A stretch of DNA of 60,495 nt, the filler included, from Sphacelaria rigidula (taxonomy: Eukaryota): NCBI GenBank assembly GCA_964200075.2. It is 6 parts of 6 records of this genome, joined end to end, with 100 filler letters (N's around TTAATTAATTAA, not from the genome) between each part and the next. Parts side by side here need not be neighbours in the genome. Positions count along the whole stretch, not along the records: positions 10,104 to 20,104 come from CAXNAA020007338.1; positions 20,205 to 30,204 come from CAXNAA020007339.1; 4 more parts are not named here. One strand, given 5' to 3'. Position 1 is the first letter of the stretch; each line of letters starts with the position of its first letter. The notes under the pieces are model-generated. The model saw only the letters and a program-made list of their open reading frames with translations. It was not told the DNA's origin and searched no databases. This document shows, piece after piece, positions 12,708 through 24,936 of this stretch. The translations under genes and the position numbers were made by a program.

Positions 12708-15700
12708 TCCATTCCACGGACCTCGCCTCTACTTCTCCAGAACGAACCAACACTACGGGATCCTATCAATAACACCGGCCAAAAGATAGAGCAACGCTTG
12801 ACGAAGTCTACCGTCGGGCATTGCTGCAATACTACCACCACCACTACTACTACAGAGCTGCGAGCAATGAAAGAGAAGAAGAAAACAGTGTCAACTTGCC
12901 CGTTGTTTTCTTCACTGCGACATAAAACGTACGCGATCGTCGCAGCCGAAAAAAGAACCGAAAAAAAAAAAGAAGCGAGAATCCGACAACACGAAGGAAA
13001 AATGCGCATGTATGGATCATGACACGACAACAGGTGCAACGCTCTTTCGGGCGGTGCTCCGTGCTCCTCGATGACGGAGTACAAAACCTGTTCTTGATTC
13101 ATCCGTGCTCGAACGTCGCCATGTTTTTCTCGTCGAGACATCGAGACGAAAACTGGACATGATCGTGATTCATGGTAATTATATTTTTCTTCGTATGTCA
13201 GCCCACCCACTTTTTACCCGTCAACGCACTACTTGTACATCCCCCCGCACGACGCTGTCAAAAGCCTACTAGTAATACCGCAAACCCGACCCGACAACAC
13301 TGCAACCGCCTGCATGAATGAATTCACTTCATCCAGGGGGGCTTCTCGCGCGGCATTTCTTCAACTACATTTCTCCCCCCACCACTCGTGAATAACTCGA
13401 TTTCATTGATGCCACCCTTATCTACCCCGCTAAAAGACCTTGTAGCGGCGGCGGCCCGAATGGCTCGCTCAGCCCTTATCCCGCCCTCCCCCGGCCCCCC
13501 CTTCTCTCCGCCAACTGCTTACCCACCTACAACATTTACGCCCCAACTACTGGAAAAACGTGTGTAACGACCCTACCTTTCGCCCCAACGATGGGCAATA
13601 ACTAGCGTAAACAATAAAAGCAAGAGCACACAGAACACACACAGCATACTATACACACGCGTCAACACGAGAGACAAAACGAAACGAAACAAAGCCACAC
13701 AAACGAACGACAGCGGTGAATCTGATTCAAACCTCCTTCCTGTTCTTCTTGCTTTCACCCTTTTTTGTCCTTGTTGCGTCACCCTCTCATGATCTTGTGC
13801 TTGTGTGTTCCGCGTGTAGCAACTATCAAACTACTTCTGCCATTGCCTTGCTGTTGTATCTTTTGTTTTTCCTTCTTCAATGTTGTCCCATCGCGCGTGT
13901 GTCGCACGCGAATCGACAAGACACGACGAGACACGCACTTGTGCTTACATGTCCGAGGCAACTAACCAACCGCAACCTGTTCCCGATCTACGACAAGAGA
14001 TCCCAAACACGACGAAAAATCCCCCCCACGAAAAATTCAAAACTCGTCGTCAGTCACTACTGTATCGTACCCCGCTTGAAGGCCATTCAAAACAGCGAGA
14101 GAGCTATATATATATATATATATATATATCCAAGACAAGAAAAAAATACACCAACAGCTGCAAAAAACTGCCGAATGCAGACAACATGTATGTATGATGC
14201 ACGTGGGAAAATGTATAATGCACGTGGACATGCACGTGGGCATATACTATGCGAACCCCCTACACATCCAAAGAAGATTGATATGCTCACTTCTTCAATA
14301 CCACTTGCACATAAAACACACAACTCAGGCACGAAGGCGGTGGTGAAATGCTATACAACCATGCCTTCTCTCCATCATGACCCGACAACAACTACCATAA
14401 AATGAAAAAATGAACTAATGCGAATAACAAAGCAGAGCAAACCTAGCAAACGCCGCGTACATACACACGATGCACACATCAACACACACGCAAGGAAAAA
14501 AGCTGCTCTTCCTACTTTCACGTCTCAACACCCTTACACCAAAATCACGTCGTAAAAAAAATCGAACAAGAAGCATGAACAAACAGTTTCCCTGCATTCC
14601 TACCCAGCACGGGAGAAGGTGGGGAGCAAGTGATGAGGAGCGACGATACAGAACAGAGTGTGCTGCCTGCTGTAAGACATTACCTCTACGACTTGCTGCC
14701 GACAAAAAAGAAAAAAACGCTCATCACGAACGGTTAACCCGCCATTAGCAAGAGCAACCTAGCACAGCAGTAGCAGCAGCAGCAGCATATCAAGTGTTCA
14801 TCTACCACCGCGCCCCTACATTCCTTGTAAGTAATAGTTCTTCGGTCACGGAGAGTAGTAAAATCTTCAAGAAAAAAAAAAAACACAATTTTTCTTCCCC
14901 TTCCCCTCTTTTCTTGAGCTTTCCGTTCTCTCGGTCTACGCTGTAGAGCCCTGACTTTCAACTCAACTTTCGACTTCAGCAGTTTTCATTCACGTACTAT
15001 TCAACTACTAGTGAAACTATAGCTACTTTACTGCTACCCAATAGTATCTCAAAACATTCGAACGCTATTATGATCACTGGAAGAGAAAATAAAAAAAATA
15101 AAAAATGGGCACATGGGGCGTCATTTGTTCCCCTTCGATCCCCGAATGATCGATCGATGAATCCAGTCAAATCGCTCGATAGACTGAACAAACGTAATCC
15201 GTGTGTACAATATGCTTCTCGGGGAACAAACACAAGAACGCCTCGCAAGAAACATCATGCACACACAAACACCAAGCCAGCCTGCCAGTGCGTGGGTGAA
15301 GTCAGTCTTACGCAGCGAAAACAAACGAAACACACACACGCTCAAGCACCCAATACACGCGAGGAAGAGCCTGCTCACCCTTCCCACAAGCATTCTGGCA
15401 TTTTTTACCAAGAGAGGAAAAGGTTCTCGGGCCAGTCTCCTAGTGCTCATTCCGACAGACGCCATCCCCACCTTCATGGAATTTCGCGATTATCAGGGTT
15501 TATTTCATCACGACCCAGGCCTAAAAAAATCCTGCCACCCAACTGCTACCGTAACCTCCCCCCCATAACGTGAAACCCCGACATTGCTCTACGAACCGCC
15601 CTTAACCCCGTGACAAGCTACTTCCCTGTTCATTTGTTCGGGACGATCAAACCCAAAAATTATTGCATCTTGGTGTTCTCCCTCTCTCTCCCCCCCCCTC

Positions 15701-16576
15701 ATTAGAAGAGAAAACGTTCAACATCCACTTACTACACGTGGCAAATGTTCAACGTGCCTACGCCTTGTGTCAAAACCGGTCTACTCATAAACCCTACCTC
15801 TCGAGGTACTTGCTTAGCCCCCCTAAAATTCCAGATTTTGCAAGCGCTACATTCGATAGCACCACGAAACCCGACGCGGAAAATTATCTTGAAAAATCTA
15901 GCGTCATCAAAGAAGAAACTTCCGAGGTCTAGATCCCCGCCCTTCCCTGTCCCTCCCGAACGACCAAGATATTTGGAGAATAAATCACGCACAGCACACA
16001 CAAACGAAGTGAAACGACACAAATTTTCGCAAGGTCATACTGGTTAGCTACAAGCCAAAGTGTATTGGACACAAACGTTCTGATTCAAATGCTTATTTCT
16101 CTTTTTCCGTCCATTTTTTCGGGGGGGGGTGTGTGCCGTGAGTTGCAAAAACAAAAAATCCGTCATGGCATCCAACACGCATGACCTGTCTTCTTCTGCC
16201 GCCGCTGCTGCTGCCACATCCTCTGGCCTTTCCCTCAATGATGACAAACAAAACGCTCTTGCATGTTCCCTCAACAACAGTAGGGGTGACCATAGACAAA
16301 CCACCTACCATGTCCCCTTTGGCCCCTGCCTTACCTCGAGAAAAATAGAAACAGAACCACACACCACCAAAAACACACGAAGACGAACAATACAGGCATG
16401 ACAACGTCCCCGGGTACTTCCTTCCGCATCATATCGGATCATACATATGTAGATGTAGGTGTCGATACGGATATGGGCATGGATGTGGTTACATCTGATC
16501 CGTCCAATAGAGCGGGAGGAAGTAAAAAAAACGGCGCGGGTTCGCATGAGAACATACACATGGACCCAGCACGCAC

Positions 16577-16607
<31 letters not shown>

Positions 16608-18703
16608 GCTGCCCGCCTTTCTCCCTCTGCTACTTATAATAGTAGTACACAGCGGTATTGACACACGCATGAGGGTGGGACGAACGAACAAACAGGACAA
16701 AATAACACAATACGAGCTATACCGCTGTCACTGCGACGAAAGCGTCTCTAGATAGAGGAAGAGAGAGACAGGGGGCGCGCGGGGGGGGAGCGTACGCAAG
16801 GAGTGCGATTTTCGCTACTGGAGTTGGTAGGTTCGGACGAGATACGCGTGAAGATCATAGGAGAGATCCCGCGACACCACCTCCGCCCACGTGGCTCCCG
16901 CCTCCGCCTTGAAGGACTGTGTCATGTTTTGCCCATGTGGTTGCAGTTTTTTCCGGTTATTCGAAGGGACGAAATGTTAGGTACAAAAAGAGGCAAAGGG
17001 ACGACGTGTGGCGACCACGGAAACAGAAAGAAATCACAAGAAAACAGCGAGAAAAGTAGAGAGACAGACAGAGAGGCAGGCACGCAAGCACAGGCGCAGG
17101 GCACAGACGGGAAAAAAAGAAAAAAATCAACAGGGCGGTACGACAAAGAACAAAAAAAGCGAGGGAAAACATGCTCGGTTACGAAGAAAGGAATGAGGAA
17201 ACTACCTTATTTGCGATCATCAGGGTTCATTTAATCACGAACGTGAGGGTGGTGGAATCTTATTTCTTCGGAATTCATGCATTCGTTCAAATGTACTCCG
17301 CACATGTGTTAGTTGCCTTGATACGTTTGCGAATGGACAGGGGTAGCAGTTGCAGCCTTCATGACAGGCAGGCAGAAGCAGTACCCAACATACGACGATC
17401 ATTGCGCTTACAATAGGTGGACCTGTCATGCTGGTCCATCTTCACGTTAAGACGAGCGTGATTACAAGTGACGATCCAAATTCATGGATGAAAAACGTGA
17501 AGCACATGACCAAAAACTGAAGAATAAGAAAAGAAAAAAAGGGAGAGGAGACGCCAAACGACGTCCGACATGCATGGGTTCCACCCAACTCTCGTGAGGT
17601 GCCCTCCGAAATCCAAAACGGCATGGCGTCATGCTCGCTTCTGTTTTGTGTATGGTCCGCCCATTACGATAAATTGATTGACATTCTCCACATGAACTGA
17701 TCCCCAAGGGATCGATCCGTGGTAATTATCCAAGATGGACGTACCCAAGGTGGACAAAGCAGAAACGCTTGCCCGAGGAAAAAAAAAAAGAGAGATGAAA
17801 CAAACGAATGGAGTAAACTACACGGAAAAAAAACGACGATACGCGCGCAAAAAAAAGCTCAACTGTACAGTATGTTTTCTCACCATGCCCAACGCCCATA
17901 CCGTTCACGCGTTGGTCAACTATATAAAGCCACATACAAACGGCATGCTTCTTCTCCCTTCTTTTTTGCGTGCGCTCATCAACAGCAAGCACCGCATTCT
18001 TTTTCGCCAGGCAACAAGGACGCCATGATACACAAAACGTTGCAAAACATATACGCCAGACACAGTACACACCTGAAGTATACTGCGAAATGCTTCGTGT
18101 AGCTCGGGCGGTGTCGTCACCTCGGGGTCACGGTCGTGCCAGGACCCTACGGCTCGGCAGAAACTGCCGAACGCCTGCAAACGGGGACACAAGCACACAT
18201 GAACAACGACTATAACATCAAACAATATACATACATGTGTTGATGAAGTGAAGCGCATTGGACCATGGGTTATGGATTATGGTGTAGGTATTCATTACAG
18301 AAGAGATGTATAAAGCAGGCATTGATTGTTCTGATTGGTTCATTGATTGTGACACAATACCTAATCCCCCAGGGATCCGGGCCTGGTCACACGATTGACG
18401 TACCCGATAAAAAAAATTAAAACGGAAACACTCCCTGAAGAAAAACAAGAAAAACAAGAAAACAGGAATGTAGAACAAGGTAGACAAAGAACAAGAAAAA
18501 AACCAAGCATGACCGGTCCCTGCAATATATGGCTTCGGTGGAGACGGTCTCGAGCAAAAGCAACGCTCGTACCCAATCAAAGAAAACAAAAAAGCCGTGA
18601 GAAGAGGTCACGGCCCATCTATTTTCAACCTCACCATTTTGGGTGTAAAGCTTTCATCCATGAGCCCTACGGAAGCGAGGCACCAAAGTGCTACTTGCAT
18701 AGC
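12708..18703 (-). pseudogene. Decayed multi-exon gene, product unknown
   Basis: Strong A/C skew on the plus strand, consistent with T/G-rich minus-strand introns. Clean exons at 18635-18703 (AMQVALWCLASVGLMDESFTPKM), 18073-18174 (AFGSFCRAVGSWHDRDPEVTTPPELHEAFRSILQ) and 12708-12823. Other exon-like blocks carry stops or CGG in place of the CAG acceptor. Confidence 0.45.
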
Positions 18704-19739
18704 CTACACAAGCGTAACACAGGGTGGCGGTTTCGCTGGGCAAGACGAAATATTTGTTTCGAGTGCACATGATCCACTTTACGACACTACATAATTGAGG
18801 AGTACTTACTGTACGGTGTCATTTGTGAGTACGTACACTCGAGAACGCATGAGTGGCGGATGGTGAAAAAACAAAAAATGTATGAATTTTGTGCGTACCT
18901 CAGAAGATCACAATGACGAACGGAAGAGAGCTGGATGCAGATACAGGACACACATCCATCATCTTTACGATATTCAACCAGCCAAAATACATGAAAACAC
19001 ACACACACACACACGCACGAACTCACACCGCCATCAATTGATACTCCACAAATATGCCTCCTCTATCCACGAATGTACAACAACAAAAAGCTCACACACA
19101 ACCGAGCAAAAGCGCTGACGTCGAAGGGAGAAATAAGCATTGATGTGCTGCAAACGGATAAGTACAAACACACCACACCTTCACCACTCCCCCCGGGTTA
19201 TGCCTGATGACGAGACAGAGTCCCCTAAACGCCGCCTCCTTTTCGTTGCGATCGCGCACCATCATCAGCCCTTCACACCAGTGAGCGCAGTAACTGTGCA
19301 GATACCCCCAAACGACCGAAAATGATTGCAAGGGTGTGTTGGGTAGGGTAAATACCCGGGTATTTACTCTCCCGAATTTGTGTTGCGAACGTCGGATCTC
19401 CAAATTCTCCCCGAGTACTGGGTTAAGTTGGGCACGATCGCAATACTCCTTTCGTACTCAGTATCAATATCTGTGTATTGTTGAGTACGATGTCAACACT
19501 CAAAAGTGCGATTTTTCAACATACCCAAAATGCAGGCAACATTCTACCCAGGGAAGCCTCGAATGGTTGATTTAAAGAGAAAAAAAGGGTCAGTACATGA
19601 GGTGAAGAACAGCGCCATCAGCATCTGCATCCCTCCTATCTCCTTCATATACTCAACCATTACAAAATATATCACGAAACGAAAGTTACATTACGGGAAC
19701 ACCCGACTCCTGCCCAACACAACTCTATACACGTATGCA

Positions 19740-19797
19740 TGTTGTTGTTGTTGTTGTCTTCACATTAAAAGCCGTTCCGATATCTGCGCGGTACATT
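19740..19797 (-). repeat. 3' tip of the same RTE-like LINE family
   Basis: gttgttgtcttcacattaaaagccgttccgatatctgcgcggtacatt, nearly identical to 48727-48780 and 50331-50381. Confidence 0.75.
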
Positions 19798-20705
19798 GNN
19801 NNNNNNNNAGAAAGAAAGAAGAAAGAAAGAAGAAAGGGAGTACATACTGCCAACCTCAGAAGCATGCATATATTCCAAAATTCCAAGGCGTAAGTGATCG
19901 GCAGATAGAATTTATAGCCGGATCTTCGTTGTATTACCATACGGCATCCGCCAGGCTACAACTCTTCGGGTATGCTATTCGTGTTATTTACAAAGTATAG
20001 AATATATAGCTGTAAACGTGACAGAGGTATACGCGTCTCATAGGTTACGCCCATAAGGTCATTGTTTCCTGCCATCGAAGCGCATGTAACATGAAGTACC
20101 TCTGNNNNNNNNNNNNNNNNNNNNNNNNNNNNNNNNNNNNNNNNNNNNTTAATTAATTAANNNNNNNNNNNNNNNNNNNNNNNNNNNNNNNNNNNNNNNN
20201 NNNNTTGTTGGGGTGGGGGTGGGTTGGTGGGTGGTGGGGGGGTGGTTGGGGGTGTTTTGCCTTTTCTTTTTTAAGGTGGATGGGGGGGGGCTATAACGCT
20301 CCTTGTTTGTTTTTTCTGTTGAAGATCAAGATGGGGTGGGTTGTGTGGAGCTCATGGTTAATGCCCACGATGGTTACTACATATATACATATACATAGTC
20401 CGGAGTATGGCAGAGGCGTCATGCACCACGGTTCTCAACGGTTTGAATGGGTCTACGGGATGTTTTTTGTACGGGTTGCGAATTGTTTGCAGTATTACTC
20501 ATAGTATCGTACTGAGGCCGGCGTCTTTTACTTTGCTTTGGGGGGGGGGGGGGGGGAACATATATATGTTCGTTTTCTGTCCGTAAAGCGGCAGGATTAT
20601 TGGATGCAAAAGCAGAAAGCACACACGACATAATAAACTGCAAAGAAATCTTATTATTGACCCCAGCGGGTTGGACACGTTGATACCTGTCCAAATTCGG
20701 GGCCA

Positions 20706-20860
20706 TGTGCAACGTACCTTGCAAGACCTTGTGCAAGGTACCTTGTGCAAGGTACCTCGTGTAAGGTACCTTACAGGACCTTGCGCAAGGTACCTTGCGG
20801 AGCCTGACACGTTGTCAAATGCGGATAACCTACCTTGCCTGGGCAGGTTGAGGCAAGGTG
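20706..20860. repeat. Array of palindromic 14-bp units (TGYGCAAGGTACCT) plus an adjacent hairpin
   Basis: Unit lengths are 14,10,14,14,14,10,14 from 20706 to 20795. The core CAAGGTACCTTG is self-complementary. A stem accttgcct...aggcaaggt lies at 20832-20859. Confidence 0.85.
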
Positions 20861-21360
20861 CCAGCAAGCTCCTGGAGCCTGCCCCCAGTTTCCACCTGTG
20901 ATGCCATAGTTTCCTAACATCCATCTGTAAGTACTCGCGCTTGATGGCAGCGACACAAGATGCTTCTCTACGAGTATCAGAGGCGGCTTTATCAGCGGCA
21001 GCTTGTTGTTTAGCTGCTGCGGCGGCAGCTAATGACCGAGCCAAGGAATGGGCGAGCCGAATTGTCACTAGCACTATCCGTAAGACCTACAAGACGAGCA
21101 GATGCATCTGCAAGAGGGGGCGTTACTTGCCTGACGGCCGCTGAGGGCCGAGCGGATCGCGTTGAGGCGTATTGGCGGTGTCTTGACGTAGATGAGTCCG
21201 AAGACTGGTTGCCAGAGCGCTTTTGACTGCCCCGGGTGGTACGGCGGCCGTTGTTGTTGTTTATACGGCGGGCTCCTTGTTCGCGGCGTGGTGCGGCCCC
21301 GGGTTGATCGTCGTCGAAGTCATCATCATCACGGCGGTGATGAGAGGGGTGGGGTGTGAT

Positions 21361-23745
21361 CTAGTTGTCGTCATCGTCGGGTGTTAGCGTGTTTTGGGCG
21401 GCACGCATAGCGTTAAAGAGGGCAGCGACGGCGGTTTCGTAGGTGGAACGATTGTGCGCGGTACCGATCGTAAGGTACAGTACGAGTCGTTCAATGGTGA
21501 GGACGCCCGGGTCGTTGTTTGGTAGTTGTCCCCCTTGCTGAAGGAAAGGGAGGATCACACTGTTTCTGGGCAATATGGGCGAGCTCCAAGCCTGCTCGGA
21601 AGCGCGAAGAACGTTGTTGCGATAGTATTCACCCGAAAGTTGACGGAGCGTCCAGGAAAGCCAAGGACGTTCGCTTTCCTGAAGGCGGAGCCAAGGTGTG
21701 AGGGCAGTGGGCGTTAAGGCCCGAGGAGCATGTTGTGGTGCTGGTGGGGTGCGCGCAGGCGAGGCTGTAGGAGCGGCGGCAGCAGCGTATGTACGCGAGG
21801 GCTGGCGGGTCTCCGCCGAGCCTGAAATTACAGAAGTAGGGGCAGGCGCTGTCGGCGTCGTCCTCAGAAGAGGAAGATGTTGCTCCTGTTCCAAGGAGCG
21901 TAAGGCCGTGGTGGCGGTGAAGGTGGCCGCAGTATATTGGCGCAGACGTTGTTCGTCGCGACGAATGGAGTCACGCATCTTGTTAAACGCTGCGAAACGT
22001 TCATTTAAAGTCTCTTGAGTCGCCTGCTGGCGGCTGGTCGCCTCGGCCTGACGTTGGCGCGTGAAGCGTGCTGTGAGATCGTCGAGGAGGAGATGATCAG
22101 CAGCGTCATCCGCCGTTTGGCGGGGTGAGGGTGGCGCAGGGGGCGTGCCCGGTTGCATTGCTCGGTACTCATCGAGGATTTGCTCCTGATCGGGGCGGGG
22201 ACCACGCAACCAGAGCCGGGGTAGTAGGCCCGGCGGGCAATGCTCGACGCCCAACAGGGGGCGGTCGTCCGTGGGAGACGTGGGTGCAGGCGCCGGAGCC
22301 GGACCAGGAGCGGCAGCATCCTGCAGGGAAGTGTCAGATCCCGCATGGGTGGCCGTAACATGGGTGTTACCCGTAGCCACCGTGTCGGCAGCCGCAGTCG
22401 CTGCCACGCTGGGGGCGGGGTGTGTGACATGGATGCTCTCAGCGTCCGTATCGACATCCGCAGTAGCAGTATTGGAAGTGGCCGCGACAAGAGCGGTGGT
22501 CGAAGATGCAGAGGTGTTGACTATGGTGGAAGCTGATCGCAGGTATCGACGAAGATCTGCAATTTGTCGTTCCACAGCACGCACAGTGGAAGCATCAGGA
22601 TGGGGTGGAAGGGCACGGTTAGTGCTCGGCCTGTCGCGCAAAGGTGCGTGAATATAAGTCAACGAAGCATCAACGGGCAGTCGTGAGGTCACATGGGTCC
22701 GATCGACGGATTTAGATCGTAAGGATCCCGTGGTTGATGATAATCCTGATAACAGGGCGCGTACGTCATGAACATGAGTAATATGATGACCATGGTGAAC
22801 AATGTCGTCACCATCCAAATCCAGATCAGAGGGAACATCTGAGGTCGAAAGTTCGTCATCACGGTCTGTAGACGCTGAGATAGATGCCCGATGGTTCGCA
22901 TTACTATCAAAGTGAACACGATTTGAAGACGACGAATATTGAACGACTGTGTGAAACGCGGCCGCAAGCGCTTGTGAAAGGGCAGTGGTCGCCGGGTCAT
23001 CAGAGATGACAGCCGATGACTAACGCAGCAAGCGCTCAAGAGCCGTGACTAAAGGCAAGTGCCCTGTGGAAGTCTCTCCAGAGTGGCCAAGACGCGAGGA
23101 GGATGTTCGGCGCAAGGGCTGGTGAACAGAAGTGGCTCCACGATGCATGTCGTGTTGTCGCGGGCGTTGTAAGGCATCGGAACCGTTGTGCGGTGTGCCG
23201 AAAACGTCGGAAGGCATGGACGGGTGCCGTTCGTAAACACCGCGAGCGCGAAGTGACTCAATAACCGCGGTGGAAGCCTGGAGCGGTTTGCGTTTCACAA
23301 CAGTGGCAACGCGTGCCGACTCGTCAGACATGTTGGAACTCCTAGACGGTGTGCGTTTTACAACAGAGCGAGCGCGTAGCGACTCGTCGATCATGTTGGA
23401 TGTCTTGGACGGTGTGCGTTGCACAACAGAGCGAGCGCGTAGCGACTCGTCGATCATGTCGCAAGTCTTGGACGGTGTGCGTTTCGCAACAGAGCGAGCG
23501 CGTAGCGACTCGTCGATCATGTTGGAAGTCTTGGACGGATGGCGGTCGTGGCCACCAGTAGAAGCCAAGTCCCGAGACGTGTCGCCAGAGTGGAGGGCCG
23601 AAGCTCTGTCGGATTTCACTTCTTCGTGTGCAGGAGAAGTAAGAGTGAATGGTTTTGGAGGAACTGATAGAAGAAAACGCTAACAGCGTACAGATTTGTG
23701 AGAAGGACGGGCCGAGTGGAGGAATCTTGTCTTCGGTTGCGTCAT
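21361..23745 (-). pseudogene. Long (~795-codon) frame of unknown function interrupted by two TAG codons. Ala/Thr/Pro-rich, with 21-aa repeats. Probably part of a mobile element
   Basis: The ATG at 23745, ORF 23020-23619 and ORF 21361-22818 are all in one frame. The only breaks are TAG at 23680-23682 and 23020-23022. It has coiled-coil-like stretches and a globular-looking C-terminal block (RPWLSWTLRQLSGEYYRNNVL...ERLVLYLTIG). Confidence 0.6.
23200..23540 (-). repeat. 63-bp coding tandem repeat, about 5 units (PSKTSNMIDESLRARSVVKRT)
   Basis: The GACTC anchor recurs at 23255, 23318, 23381, 23444 and 23507. Confidence 0.9.
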
Positions 23746-24604
23746 ATTAAATTGAAGAGGTAAAAATGGACGCTAGGCACCAGAGTACAACGGTCTGGTG
23801 TAATAATAACAGGTAGTGTAAGCTCGGCAGGAAATTGCCAGTACCGAAAAATTGAGCAGTAAGGACTACAAAATTTATAAATGTGGGTACACCGAAGTAT
23901 AGTAAGCTGCTATAATAGTAACAATCAGCGTAATCTCGGCAATTTAGGCACCGAGGAGGTAGACAGCAGATGATGAAGAACTGAAGGTAAACTCCGAAAA
24001 GGGAGGAACTACGGCAGCAATACGATACCTGCAAAGAAAACCGTGTATGGGAGACCGCAGGAAGGCGCACTGAGGGTGTACTACAGTTATTATTTGCCGC
24101 AAAGGAGAAATTGCTCGCAGTTAAAAGCAATAGTTGTCGCAAAAAAGGAGGCGATGCGAGAGCAAAACCGAACAATGAGGCGACTGTGAAAGGAGGCAGA
24201 CGCCCGGACAGATGTCCGATGGGCGCACTGTGCACCTGAAATATAACAGGGGTACTGCGGTGGTGCAAGTAGGACATCGCACACAGGAGGTGTACAAAAA
24301 CACAATTCGAGATCACGAAAGTAGACACCAAGACTAGTGTAGATCATGTCGCCAAAGGGAAGGCGATGTGTAAATAGTTGTGGAATTCAGCCGAGAGCGA
24401 TAATCAAAGAGGCGGCAGCGAGGATGTTAAACACTGAATTGAAGTGTAGGGCTCCAAGAGAAAATAGCCGCAGAAGCCGATTGAAACACTAATGTTGGTG
24501 CAGATCAGGCGCCAAACTGAAGAGACTATAGGGGGATACTATATTTCGAAGGAAAAAGAAAGTAAATCGTAAAACGATCCAGGTACTACACCGCCAGAGA
24601 GGAA

Positions 24605-24798
24605 CAGGTGGATCACGTAGGATAGAAGCAAAGGAGAAAAATGTGTCACGTAGTACACACGCGAAAGATGAAAAATGTGTCACGCAGTACACAATGAAAG
24701 ATGAAAAGTGGATCGCGTAATACACAACCCAAAGATGAAAAGTGGATCGCGTAGTGCACACCCAAAAGGATGGAAAGTGGATCGCGGAGTATACACCC
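24605..24798. repeat. ~33-35-bp tandem array, 6 units
   Basis: Consensus aaagatgaaaagtggatcgcgtagtacaca, with cores near 24611, 24645, 24678, 24711, 24745 and 24780. Confidence 0.85.
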
Positions 24799-24936
24799 GG
24801 CGAGAAGTTTGAGAAGCGGGGCTGGGGTGTTGTATAAACCTGAGGGAGGGTGCGGTGACAGAGGTACAGCACCGATACTAGTAAGTAAACGTGTGAGGGC
24901 AGATTGTCGCCCGGAAGGGACAGATAACAACGGATT

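Noticed and set aside
23200-24800. Possible CRISPR arrays
   Set aside because: The units are contiguous tandem repeats without unique spacers, there are no cas genes, and the context is eukaryotic.
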